Of a stretch of DNA of 64,000 bases, positions 12,126 to 25,152 are shown piece after piece. The translations under genes and the position numbers were made by a program. Under the pieces are notes generated by a model. The model ran no database searches. It saw only the letters and a list, made by a program, of their open reading frames with translations, and had not been told where the DNA came from. The DNA is from Octopus sinensis (lineage: Eukaryota): assembly GCF_006345805.1 (NCBI RefSeq), contig NC_043006.1, positions 18,104,001 through 18,168,000 of the forward strand, written 5' to 3'. Within the stretch, counting starts at the first letter, position 1, and each line of letters starts with the position of its first letter.

Positions 12126-14161
12126 CTAGTCTTATTTTTATCACATGCTTTCACTGCACTACTGAGCACAGCTCTGTGTGTCTTGGGTATGTGCTGTGGT
12201 TTGTTGTGATGTTCTTATTGTTACTGTATTGATAATGTTTTACATAGGATGTGTGCAGTGCCTATTGTGCTATTTTCTGTATGTTATATATACGTATTAG
12301 TCCTGGTGTTTTTGTTATGTATTTGTATAAATATTTTTTATCATACCTAATGCACCTACTATGATGGGAAATGTACCATATTTGAGTTACTTCTATTTCT
12401 AGGTCTTTGCATTTTGAAAGTTTCTCCATTTCTTTTAGAGAAACATTGTCATCTGTTGGTATTGATACATCGACTAGAAAGCATTTTTTTCTTGATGTTC
12501 TCCAACAACATCTGGCCTATTGGCTTTAATTTCTCTATATGTGTGTATTGGCATATCCCACGGTATGGTTTCTTTTTCATTTTCTGTGACCTTTTCTGGT
12601 GTGTACCTATAACATCTGTTTTTCTGTTGTTGACATAGCTCCCAGTGTATATAGATCCCAACTCTGTTGTATCTGTGAATATATTTCTTCTTAGCCAGGA
12701 CTGGGCAGCCAGAGACAATATGTTTTATTGTTTCTTATCCATCTTCACATATTCTGCAGTTACTTGATATATTTCTTTTCATTATATGCTTTTGGTAATT
12801 TCTGGTGGGGAGGCTTTGGTCTTGTGCTGCAATTAAAAATCCCTCAGTCTCTGCTTTGAGTCCTGAGCTTCTCAACCATTGTTAGGATTTTGCTTTGTCT
12901 ATTTCTTTTGCATTTAGTTTAACCCAGTATTTGCCATGAAGGGGCTTTTCTTGCCATCGTTTTATCATGAGCCATTGCTGCTCCAGTTTTAGAATGGATT
13001 TCAGTTGTTTTATACCTCTTGTTGTTTCTTCTTTTTCTTCATAGTTGTTAGGTACAATGATTTCTGTTTTGGATTTGTCAATTTCCCTACAGACTGAAAA
13101 CAGTCTTTTGTATTGTTTGTATTTTGTGTCTGTTTGCATTAGTTTTCCTTGCTTCTAAAGTAGGTATTTTGTAGTCATATGATGGTTATTTTGTAATAGT
13201 TTTCTAGCTGTATAAGCCCTCTACCAACTTCCATACATTGTATATATAACCTTTCTATGTCAGATTTTGGGTGGTGCATCCTAAATCCTGTCATTATTTT
13301 TCTTGTTTACCTGTCTATTTTGATTTAGTGACCACTTAAGAATATTGTAGCTGTAACTTATAACAGGGACAGCTAGAGTGTTGATACCTATTATCTTGTT
13401 TTTCGCAATGAACTCTGTTTTCAGTATTAATCTAAACCATCTATAGTAATATTTTTTTAATTTTGTCTTTAATCTGTGTGTGTTGTATCATATCTAGTTC
13501 ATTGATTCCTAAGTATTTGTATGTCTGACTTTGGTCTTATTTTCTTATTTTATTTGCTTTATCTAGTGTGATGTTGCTACTCTTAACTAGTTTTCCTCTT
13601 TTCAAGGTTACTTTGGAACATTTTTCTAAACCAAATTTCATGTTTATTTCTTTAGTAAATCCATGTGCTGTCTGTAGTAATATTTCCACTTGTTTATCAT
13701 TTGTAGCGTACAATTTTAGATTATCTATATATAAGAGGTGGCTGATTGTTTTGCCGTAACAGTTGTATCCACATCCAGTTCTGTTTAGCATGTCAGATAA
13801 AAGTGGCAATGCCAAGCAGAAAAGGTGTGGAGAGAGCATGTCTCCCTAGAATATTCCTCTTCTAATGGGGATGGCTTTGATTTTTATGAGTCTCTCTTTT
13901 GTCTGGAGCTGTGGCACTGTCTGCCATTTATTCATGGAATGTGTTATATGTTTTATGATTATTGATGCTACATTGTTCATGGCTAGTGTTTCTAGGATCC
14001 ATTTGTGGGGAATACTATCAAAAGCCTTTTGGTAATCAATCCAGACCATACTTAGACCCTTCTTTTTTCTATAGTTGTCTTCAGTTCTGGCTTTATTGAT
14101 CATTAGCTGATCTTCACAGCCATATGAGCCCTTACAGTATCCCTTCGGCTCTTCTGGAAAC
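12124..14161 (-). mobile_element. 5'-truncated, decayed R4/Dong-like non-LTR retrotransposon (RT, RLE and 3' UTR)
   Basis: PEEPKGYCKGSYGCEDQL; WIDYQKAFDSIPH; RRGIF*GDMLSP; HLLYIDNLKLY; KFGLEKC; RLE C-terminus. Has a (TAA)n tail at 12081-12123 and (CAA/TAA)n at the 5' junction. Confidence 0.9.
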
Positions 14162-14689
14162 TTGTTGTTGTTGTTGTTATTATTATTTTGTGATATTTTT
14201 CTCTTACCACATTTGGATTTGAAATTGAATGGTAAGTATTTGATCTGCAAACTAATTATTTCCTACAGTGGCAATCTATTCCAAATCTATTCATAGGTGA
14301 TAGAATATATTGCCACTATAATGTAAGCTGCCAATTTCTTGCAGGGAAATGCACCATCTGCACTTCTATTCTTGAAACAGCTGTAAGAGATTACTTGCAC
14401 ACCTACTTACTTCTTCTCATCCAGCTTTAGGTTCTACCTATGATGAGTTATTGTTTCTACATTGAGTTACAAACATTCCCTTACACTCTCACCATCTAAA
14501 ATGCACCTGACCAGTTATTAGCTCAATGAAAATCAATGTCCAATGACACCATTGCTCGCAAAATACAAATTATTTATTAATAAATTAATTAATGAGCATA
14601 CAATAAACCTAGTTAGTATTAAGACTTCAATTTTCTGTCAGCTGGATGTTTTTTTAATTCTTGTTTATCTAAAAACTATTTAATGTCTT

Positions 14690-14814
14690 CAGAAGTGGTG
14701 GTGGTGGTGGTAGTGGTGGTGATAGTGGTGGCAGTAAAGGTGGTATTAGTGGCAGCAGCAGTAATGGTTGCAGTGGTGGTGATGGTGATGGTGGTGGTGG
14801 TGGTGGTGGTGATG

Positions 14815-14865
<51 letters not shown>

Positions 14866-15180
14866 TATGTGTGTGCATGTATGCATATGTGTGCATGTGT
14901 GTGTGAGCAATAGCAAAAATAAAGGAAAGAATTTCACAACAGACCCGGTAATGGTTGTGGTGGTGGTGGGGAGTGTTTGGTTGCAGCGGTGGCGGCGCTG
15001 GTGGTGGTGGGGGGGAGTGTTTTGTTGCAGCGGTGGCGGCGCTGGTGGTGGTGGTGGTGGGGAGTGTTTGGTTGCAGCGGTGGCGGCGCTGGTGGTGGTG
15101 GGGGGGAGTGTTTTGTTGCAGCGGTGGCGGCGCTGGTGGTGGTGGTGGTGGTGCTGCTGCTGCGGATGATGATGGTGTTG
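14690..15180. repeat. Compound (GGT)n/(GTA)n microsatellite followed by a GC-rich ~42-48 bp minisatellite
   Basis: Unit gtggtggtgggg(gg)agtgttt(t/g)gttgcagcggtggcggcgctg repeated 4 times at ~14958-15135. Confidence 0.9.
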
Positions 15181-15399
15181 GCATTAGTGGTCTTAAGCTG
15201 CATTTGTTTCTTCTTCTCAGTTAGTTATAGATAATTTAATGTAGTTCTTCAGGAATCTCAATACACTTGGCACCATGAAAATAACAACAAAAACAAAATC
15301 AAAAACAAAAATAATGTAAATTAACAAATAACTTTAATGAAGCAGAACGAAACAAAAGATTTCTCTACTTTAGATCAACTGTAATGAATGATATTTTTG

Positions 15400-15990
15400 G
15401 AATATATTCCAAAATGGAATGGATATCGTAGTTGGGATACCCATGCTGGTGGGGCCTCACAGAGGAAATGACGAAGACCAAGCCCTCTGAGATATGCTGT
15501 GACTGTGAAGACCCGACAAATGAAGTGAGTTCATGGCTCACAGGACGGCCTGCTGTGCTAACCTTGGATCATAGAGTGACCCGCTGTTCTTGAGGAGACC
15601 TATTGAGCCAAGTACGTCAACACCGACATCAAAATAAAAGTCAAATGGAATTGTAGTTCAGATACCCGTGCCGGTGACACGTAAAAAGTATCATCCGAAC
15701 ATGGCAGATGCCAGCACCACCTGACTGGCATTTGTGTCGGTGACACGTAACAGCACCAACTGATTGTGGCCGTTTGCCAGCCTCCCCTGGCCCCTGTGCC
15801 GGTGGCACGTAAAAAGCATCCACTACACTCACGGAGTGGTTGGCATTAGGAAGGGCATCCAGCTGTAGAAATACTGCCAGATCAGACTGGAGCCTGGTGC
15901 AGCCTCCTGGCTTCCCAGACCCCGGTCAAACTGTCCAACCCATGCTAGCATTGAAACCGTACGTTTAATGATGATGATGATGATGATGAT
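15400..15990 (+). mobile_element. Longest copy of the (GAT)n-tailed RTE-like 3' element
   Basis: Three gtgccggtg(g/a)cacgtaa subrepeats followed by the common tail. Confidence 0.8.
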
Positions 15991-16056
15991 TCCACAATTG
16001 TTTGACAGAACTAAGAAAATATTTCGAATAATTTACAAATATTTTTGAAAAGCATG

Positions 16057-16470
16057 ATTGTGTGGTTAAGAAGCTCCCTTTCAAACCAAGTGATTTCAGG
16101 TTCGATCCCATTGTGCAACACTCTGAGCAAGCACCTTCTATTATAACCCCAGTAAAACCAATGTCTTGTGAGTGAAATTTGGTAGATGGAAACTGGAAGA
16201 AGCCTGTTGTTTACATACATGGATATGTACATACATATACATATGTGTGTGTATGTGTGCGTGAGTGTGTGTGTGTGTGTACGCCTTTGTATTTGTCCCT
16301 ACCTCACTGCTTTACAACCGGTGTTGGTTTGTTTACATCCCCATAACCTAGCAGTTTGGCAGAAGGGTTTGATAGAATAAGTACCACATTTAAAATACAA
16401 GTACCAGGGTCAATTTCAACAGGGTACCCAAGTATGGCTGCAGTCCAATGACTGCAACAAGTAGAAAGAT
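16057..16470 (+). mobile_element. SINE family A, diverged full-length copy
   Basis: Colinear with 1364-1806. Confidence 0.75.
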
Positions 16471-17081
16471 AAAAAAAATTAAATTAATTCTTCCTTTTGT
16501 TCCTTATTTTTCTTTTGGATATTTGTTCTTTTTCAGAATTCATTAAAAATAAAAGATATTTCTGTATGGAATAATATAATTATGTTCCCATGTAGCGTAA
16601 ATCTTGGTTCTACTTATAAAATGGAATTGAGCGAATATTGAATTGAATTAATAATATATGTGTAGTCACAGAGACAGAAAAATCATATTTTTCTGCCATT
16701 AAAACATAAATTAAGGATGTTATTAGATATTGCCATTTGGAGTTCTGCACTAAGAAAAAATGCCCATTGAAAGGAAGGCATCACATTACAGAATTTATTC
16801 AAAGTATATAATTCTTTAATCGCTTTCTCTGTCTTTCTCTTTCTCTCTTTCTCTATCTCTCATTCTCTTTCTCCCCTCTCTCTCTCTTTCTCCCCACTCT
16901 CTCTCTTTATCTATCTATCCAAATATTTCAATCATTATATCTCACTGTTTCCTTCTCTATCTCTATGAATCACCTTGTTTTCTCTCACTTCTACTAAGTA
17001 TGCATTTATAAACATATACATGTGTGTGAGTGTGTTTAGATATGTATATGTATTATATTACATATCATAATATCATATGTA

Positions 17082-17179
<98 letters not shown>

Positions 17180-17267
17180 ATATATATATATATAATATAT
17201 CTCTAGGTATGTATAAATATATATAACTATACACATATATATATATACATATATTTATTATATATAT

Positions 17268-17320
<53 letters not shown>

Positions 17321-17504
17321 ATATATATTAGAGGGAAACCGCTATATGCTAGAAATAGATCCGCTACGGTCTCACCACTAAGAAATTTAGCAAAACAACC
17401 AAAACATAATCGAGCAAGACAAAAGAAAAGTAATAAAAATATGGATTATTCGTATACATGTTTCACTATCAACAAATGACGTAATCTTACTTATGTAATT
17501 GTCT

Positions 17505-18345
17505 GTAGATCATCGGTACGACCGTCCAAGGTGAATATAATTTGCAGGACTGCATACTAAGTTGAGTCTGAGGCCATGTGGGAAGTTGAACAGAAACATG
17601 ATGTCGCCATCACTAGTGATCACCCCAAACACCATGATGTTGACTAGATATTTGATTTTAATCACTCTCGGTACATGTTTTGGAGACACAGCAAGCCAAT
17701 GGTTGTTCTGTGTGTTCACCATCTGATCCTGGCAGAAATGTTTCTCATTTGAGAAAAATTAAAGCATGTTTGGTTGGAGAGGATGCTCGAATTTGTTCGA
17801 AAGCTGTGTAACGCACTCTTACCTCTTTTCCTTGATGGCCTGGAATAAAATTTGGCCTTTCTTCATCTTGCATGAGGAATACTGAATGCTTTCATGCACT
17901 ACCTGCCTGATAAAAAAAGCTCAAACACTCCCATGTCTCTGACAATTTACCTGATTGACTTGGAGGGATCATTGTCAATCATGGCCTGGATCTCACCAAC
18001 AAATTCAGAAGTTCTTTTCTTATTAGAACGATCAGAGTTAGTTTTCCAAGCTGCCGTACCTTTGTAATCATCATTAGACTCATCCAACTCTTCCTCAATC
18101 CTCTTCACTGTCCTCAGATCGACACTCAAACACTCTGAAACATTTGTATTTGATCCTCTGGTGCAAATGCCAAGCACTATAGCATGTCATTTCCAAATTT
18201 CAGGCAGAGTGAATTGCGTTATGGTACTGTCTTTCTCACAGATGGTCCCCAACTGACCCTACTATACTATGCAGTTGACAAAATCAAAAACAAACAATGC
18301 GCATGCACAAAATAAAAAATAAAAAATGGTGACAATTTGCCCGTG
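17505..18345 (-). pseudogene. Decayed Tc1/mariner (maT/DD37D-like) transposase, 5' two-thirds
   Basis: RTSEFVGEIQAMIDNDPSKSIR and QMVNTQNNHWLA...IMVFGVITSDGDIM...FPHGLRLN. Homologous to the copy at 51548-52976. Confidence 0.85.
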
Positions 18346-19935
18346 ATGATGATGAAGAGGGGGATGTGTTATGTATGAATGCATGCATATGCTTAAAGAC
18401 TTATCAGTGAACATTTATATTTACAAACATGGAAAGTACTCATTCTATCATATGAAGTGTGTATATTTTATTTGAAGCAACTACTATAAAGAATAATGAA
18501 GTCTGAGTTTCTATTGTGGCAGGGAAGCAATATAACAATATATAAACAAAAATATTTTCAAATACTCATAAAATATTATAACTGATTCTACATAGAGTTT
18601 TAACTGGTGGCTGGAAAAAGGCTAGAATTTTGTTTCAAATTCATCTAATCAACTGTCATAAGAAAAACACATCTTTGTTAATTACCATGAAAGCACATGT
18701 TAACCTATCTTCAGTGTCATGTACATAAAACATATGTAAGCAAGGAAAGTGACTATTATTAATGAGATTAATGATCCAAAGAATTTTTTTTTAATTATAT
18801 GACCATCATTAGAGTTGCAGCAAATACATCAAATTGTTTTAGCCAGTTGACAGCTGCATGTGTAACAGGGCACAAAATTAACATCTCTCCATTTGATTAA
18901 TGAGAAGGAGCATCAAAGAGACTTTGACACTGACCACTGGTAAGAACAATACTCCTAAGACGGATGGAGAAAATTCGAAGCATTGCTTTGGTATAATAGT
19001 TAGAATGTCTGCCATGTTTATAGAAAGAGTGGGTTCAAGTCCCATAAACAGCCCTTGAATTTTTACCTAAGTAAGGGATTTTTTTTATCCAATATTGTAT
19101 ACACTATTAATTATAGCTTTAGCTACTCTGAGTTCCACTGTTAAAAATCACTTACTTAATACATCTCAAAGTTTCTAAATTCTTGTGGTTGGTAAGCAAG
19201 CTACTTACCACACAGCCATTCCTATGCCTATGTCTGAATTTTTTCACATCTTTATCTTTTACTTTTCATCAGTCATTGTACAGCAGTCATGGCAGGACAC
19301 AATCTTGAAGGGTTTTAGTTGAACAAGTGAACTACAGCACTTATTTTGAAAGTCTGGTACTTATTCTATTGGTCTCTTTTGCTGAGCTGCTAGATTATGA
19401 GGATGTAGACAAACCAACATTAATGTTTTGTAAATGAATTTGGTAGATGGAAACCGAAAAGAAGCCCATTGCATGTGCATGTATGTGTCTGTGCAAATGT
19501 AGATGTGAGTGAGTCATCATCATTATCATCATCATTTAACCCTTGTTTTGTTACAACAAATTGTAAGCTGTCCCTGGGTGATCAAAGCACAGTATCTGTT
19601 TATATCAGCTTAATATCTGATTTGGTCCCTATTTGAGGGCTACCAATTAAACTGATTTTTAGAATGAGACAAAGAGTTAAGAGCTTATTCTTTGCCTCAG
19701 TCTTTTCTTAAGCTGGCAGAATCATAAGTGCACTGAACAAAATGCTTTGTGACTTTCTTCCAGTTTTACATTCTGAGTGCAAATTCCACCAAAGTTAACA
19801 TTGTCTTTCATCCTTTTGGTATCAATAGAATACATACCAGTCGAACATTGTGGTCAATGTAACAGACTAGTTTCCAGTCCCACCAATTTTCATGCCTATA
19901 GTAGAAAAGATCATCATCATCATCCTCATTATCAT

Positions 19936-20102
19936 TATATGCTTGACTTTTGCTTTACATTTGTACAAGTTGACTCCAAGTCTCACCCAGAGACTTCCAG
20001 AGACAACAAGTTGGAAGTTCGTGTTGGTGTTATGCCTAGGGTGCCATATATTTGGCTTTGTACTTGGTGTTGTACTAGTGAATGTTTAAGAAACCATAAG
20101 AA
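19936..20102 (-). mobile_element. Very short putative 3' end of an R4/Dong-like element between triplet microsatellites
   Basis: Bounded by (ATT)n at ~20104 and (CAT/ATT)n at ~19911. The family assignment is inferred from target context. Confidence 0.45.
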
Positions 20103-20103
20103 A

Positions 20104-20135
<32 letters not shown>

Positions 20136-20324
20136 CGTCATCATCATCATCGTCATCATTATTATTATTATTATCATCATCATCATCGTTGTTGTTGTTG
20201 TTGTTGTCGTCGTTAGTATTATTCATCATATCATGTTGAATGTACCAGTTCTCGTCCAAACACAGAGCCTAGTTAGTATTTAGCTAGATGACCACTTGGG
20301 AAACCTAGTCTTTCACACTTTAAG

Positions 20325-20545
20325 GCAGTGAGCTGGCAGAATCATTAGCATGCTAGGCAAAATGCTTAACAGAATTTCCCCCATCCTTATGTTCTGAGTT
20401 CAAATTCCACCAAGGTCAGCTTTGCCTTTTATCCTTTCAAGTGTCAATAAAATAAGTACCAGTTGTGTTCTGAGGTCAACGTAATTGACTTACCCCCTCC
20501 CCCGACATTTCAGGGCTTTTGCCTACAGTCAAAAGGATTATCATT
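20325..20545 (+). mobile_element. SINE family D
   Basis: ggcagtgagctggcagaatc...tctgagttcaaattcc...gcctttcatcctttcggggtcgataaa-like core. About 12 copies occur in the window. Confidence 0.75.
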
Positions 20546-21296
20546 ATTAATTGGATCAATATAACATCTACCATATTTGTGGACTTGTATACCCACATCA
20601 GAATTGATAACTATTCTTACTACTACTACTACTACTATATTTGTAATGGATACAGCAGTACAATAGTAGATTAATTGACATATTGCATCTGAATCCTTAT
20701 TACAATTGCTTCTTTTTCACTTCCATTACTAATGCTCTTGGGAAAGACTCTCTGACGTCATAGCTTCCTACTTGTTTCTTTTCACATACCCATACAAGAA
20801 ACCATTGCTATTGCCACTGCTACTGTGGCTAGAGTAATAAAGATGAATATTATCAAGATAAAGTATTATTGCATACTAAGCTTCAAAAAAAAAAAAAAAA
20901 AACTAATGCATAAAATTACTTGAAATTTTACAGATTTCTTTGCTTAATAATAATTTTATTACTTCTGTGCTGGGATATTCTATTAGTATTTTTGTTTTAC
21001 ATCTGAATTCTTCCTTTTTTTTTTCTTGTTGCAATATTTTTTTTATTCTAGCTTTACATTTTTGTTTTTCAGGTTATGAAATAAAACATTAATAACATTT
21101 TAATTTATTAATTATAAAGCAGTAATTCTGAGAATTCAGAATTCTGAGCTGACTTAATCGTTGGTTTATAGTTGTTTGTATATAATTGAATATCCAAGAA
21201 GACTGAATTCTTAGCAAAACTATTGATCATGACAGGAAATGCTAAACCAAAGTTTCTGATACACACACACACACACACACATACACACACACACAT

Positions 21297-21339
<43 letters not shown>

Positions 21340-21690
21340 GGGAGAGAGAGAGAGGGAGAGAGATAGATAGATAGATACATACATACATATATACATACAT
21401 ACATACATACACACACGCACACACATACATATATAGATAGATAGATAGATAGATAGATAGATTATGCTTTCATAGGATATATGTGTATATGTGTACAGAT
21501 ATATAGATATATATACATGCTTGTTTCAGTCATTAGACTGCAGCCATGCTGGGGCACTGCCTTGAAGAAATTTTTAATAAAATGAAAGGCCCCCTCCCCC
21601 CAGTACATTTTTAAGCCTGGTACTTATTCCATCGATCTTTTTTGCTGAACCATAAGTTATGGGGACATAGATATGCCAACACCAGTTGTC

Positions 21691-21721
<31 letters not shown>

Positions 21722-22046
21722 TGCAACAAGTTCCTTTCAGTTTCTGTCTACCAAATCCACTGACAAGGTGTAGTAGAAGATGGCCTGAAGGTGTAGTAGA
21801 AGATACTTGGCCAAGGTGCCAGGGTGGGCAGATGAATAGATGGGTGGATGGGTGGATGGATGGCTGGATGGAGGTTTTCAATTAATTATTTAGCTAATGA
21901 TGTTTTCTACTCACTACAGGTGTAATTTAAATTCATTAAATCTTTTCAACTCAATGTATTAATTATGTCCCCGTTTTTAAGTTTTAGAAGCCTCACATCC
22001 TTTTTAAGGATTAGAAGTCCATCCTAGCAGTACATTGATATACTCT

Positions 22047-22447
22047 TTTACTCTTTTACTTGTTTCAGTCATTTGACTGCGGCCATGCTGGAGCACCGCC
22101 TTTAATCGAGCAACACGACCCCGGGACTTATTCTTTGTAAGCCCAGTACTTATTCTATCAGTCTCTTTTGCCGAACCGCTAAGTGACGGGGACGTAAACA
22201 CACCAGCATCGGTTGTCAAGCAATGCTAGGGGGGACAAACACAGACACACAAACACATACACACACACATATATATACATACATATATACGACGGGCTTC
22301 TTTCCGTTTCCGTCTACCAAATCCACTCACAAGGCATTGGTTAGCCCAGGGCTATAGCAAAAGACACTTGCCCAAGATGCCATGCAGTGGGACTGAACCC
22401 GGAACCATGTGTTCGGTTAGCAAGCTACTTACCACACAGCCACTCCA
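22047..22447 (-). mobile_element. SINE family A, full length
   Basis: Near-identical reverse complement of 1364-1806. Confidence 0.9.
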
Positions 22448-22782
22448 ACTTTTTTTCATAATAATACTATATAAATTTTTAGTAAAAATATAAGGATATG
22501 TAGAGCAATTGTAGACATAATTCTTATGTAGAAATGTGAAATTTTTCCACAAAATCTATAAATACCCAACCCACTTACAACAGAAATCAGAAATCAATTT
22601 TCTATACAGGACAGCACACAAAAATAGTTGCTCAGGTTCCATAGCATAATGTAAATACAAAATTAAATTTAAACACACGAGAAAGCACCCAGCCTTTGAC
22701 TAAACCCTTCAAGGCATACCCCCACCCTCATCATGAGCACAGTTCAATGACTGAATCAAGTAAAAGATAAAAGATCTATATA

Positions 22783-23100
22783 TCATCATCATCATCATCA
22801 TCCAGTGTTTTAAATCCGGGTTTTATCCCAGTTAACAGGGGGGGGGGGCTCAGATCTACCTCAATATCATAGCAACTGAGGTAGGCAGGTGCAGCCTACC
22901 CCAACCTTTGGGCAGGCTGGCTGGTGCCCATCCTCCTTTGCTATAATTAAGCTTTTTTGGACCTGGATTTTCTACGGGGAGCATGCCCTTGCTTACTCCC
23001 AACCTCAGTTTCTAGACATGAGTAGCCCCAAGACCAAGGCCTCTACCACGCTTTTTCAGAAATGTGATGGAAACTAGCTCAGAAAGGCAGGGACTCTGCT
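22783..23100 (-). mobile_element. Putative LINE 3' end with (GAT)n tail (distinct family)
   Basis: (CAT)n tail at 22783-22801. The terminal ~75 nt resemble 4490-4560. Confidence 0.5.
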
Positions 23101-23289
23101 CCCTGAGACCCCTTTCGGAGCCCCCTACCTATATATATATATCCCTGCCTTCCACCCTCTTGATTCCCTCTCTCTCTGTCTCTCTTTCTCTCTCTCCTGC
23201 GACCTGCTGCTTCTTCAACATTCTGTTGCCTTCGTATCTCGACCAACATGTGTCCCCGCTACCGAAACGGTAATTATTTTCTACCCAGC

Positions 23290-24020
23290 TGCTATGTTGT
23301 TGTTGTTTTGTCTCATTGGTCTAAAGTCGTATGACAACCACCGTTATATACATTTTGTTTTTTCATTACTGTTTTCAATTTCGTTTTCGTCTCTTGTATT
23401 CACATCCGTCTTGTGCGTTCACATTCCTGTCTTCTACCAAGAAATCTAATGCTTACAGCTTAGTTTTTTTTCTTGGGCTGGCCGAGTTGGAGCAAATATC
23501 AGAATTGAACAGCCGAATTTGCTATGATGATTCGGTGCTGACTGAAGATTGAAGGCTTCGAATGATTTGTCTGTGTTCCGTGTTCGTCCCTTCCTGTATT
23601 TCACGTTCATTATATATAAAAACATTCATTCTTATATATATATATATATGGACTAGTTCAACGAAACGTGTTCTGTCCTCACCTTTGAAACACGCTGGAG
23701 TTTATCTAGGGACAGCTGATGAAGGGGATTTTTCCTTGTGTAGTTGTCTTGTACTCTGTTTTTTCGTTGTTAAAAAAATGGTCCGTTCCATGCTGTTCTT
23801 ACTTTTTCATTTCTCGTTGAGTTCTACATCTATTTGTGGTGTCCTGTACACACGTATATATATTTATATATGCATGTATATATACATGTAGATGTAGGTA
23901 CATACATATATGTTTTTATGTATGCATATATTTTATTTATTACACTATTGTATGACTGAGCGCCCTCGCATCGATTTGATTCAATTCGTTTCGTTTCGTT
24001 TCATTTCTTCTTCTTCTCTA
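23290..24020 (+). mobile_element. Two adjacent (TA)n-bounded PLE pseudo-LTR-like repeats
   Basis: 23505-23570 is homologous to the 6335/44757 unit. 23650-24020 contains a CTGATGAAGGGG motif. Confidence 0.45.
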
Positions 24021-24103
24021 AGCTGGTTTATATATATATATATATATAGATATAGATATAGATAGATAGATAGATATAGATATAGATATATATAGTATGT
24101 GAC

Positions 24104-24293
24104 AATTATTCGGTAGCCTTGATAAAACTCTGAGTTTTGGAAGCTGAGGTGAAAAACCACACCGCCATCTCTTCAGTTATCCGGCCATCAGAAAAATGCT
24201 ATTTTCCAATGGCCAGATAACTGAAGAGATGGCGGTGTGGTTTTTCACCTCAGCTTCCGAAACTCAGAGTTTTATCTTGGCTACTGAATAATT
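24104..24293. repeat. Long palindrome (85-bp arms, 5 mismatched positions, 20-nt loop)
   Basis: 24104-24188 is the reverse complement of 24209-24293. Confidence 0.95.
24215..24277 (+). ncRNA. Type I hammerhead ribozyme motif in the right arm of the palindrome
   Basis: agataa-CTGAAGA-(31-nt stem II region)-GAA-ACTC a GAGT-T-ttatct. Canonical core, 6-bp stem I, GUU site. Confidence 0.65.
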
Positions 24294-24879
24294 CTAACAC
24301 ATTACATTTACAGATAAATTCCTCTATTTACATAATATCGAGGTCTCTTTCTTTCTTTTGTTGCCTTACCATTTTTATCAATATATATATACACACACAC
24401 ACAGAGACATATATATATATATACACACTACTAGTATTATTTTTATTCCAATTTAATCAACTCTTTAAAGTAGCTGATGCATTCAGGATGTTTTTTTGTT
24501 ACCCCTTTTATACTTTTCAGTTTAGTCCATCTATACACAATTACTCTTTGAATAGGAAAACACACATACATCTTTTGAATTCGTTTTTAATAGAAACATC
24601 TAACTATAAATTTAAATATGATTACCACCGAGTTTGAATGATTACACAGATGTCTTGTTGCTTATTTAGCCATACGTGACGATTTAGGTCAGAAAAGGTC
24701 AAGTGTATAGTATTATTAATGTATAACAATGTACATAGACTGTTTTACTTAGGTTTTTGCTTGTGTCCATATATAGATACACAGTTACACACATACCCCA
24801 TATGTACATATATACACACATACAAATGCACAAACACACATATATATTACATACACACATATATTTTAATTTATATATA

Positions 24880-25152
24880 TGGCACCTGTGTCGGTGGCAC
24901 ATAAAAAAAACACCATCCGAGCGTGGCCGTTCGCCAGCCTCGTCTGGCACCTGTGTCGGTGGCACATAAAATCACCCACTACACTCTCGGAGTGGTTGGC
25001 GTTAGGAAGGGCATCCAGCTGTAGAAACACTGCCAGATCTGACTGGCCTGGTGCAGCCTTCGGGCTCCCCAGACCCCAGTTGAACCGTCCAACCCATGCT
25101 AGCATGGAAAGCGGACGTTAAATGATGATGATGAGGATGATGATGATGATGA
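24880..25152 (+). mobile_element. (GAT)n-tailed RTE-like 3' element
   Basis: Matches 15700-15990. Confidence 0.85.

Noticed and set aside
14669-15234. Pro/His-rich and Gly/Val-rich ORFs resembling extensin or formin linkers
   Set aside because: Fully explained by micro- and minisatellites; no splice or homology support.
23685-23735. GAAAC...CTGATGA as a type II hammerhead
   Set aside because: No valid stem III/NUH site and only wobble pairs in stem II; at best degenerate.
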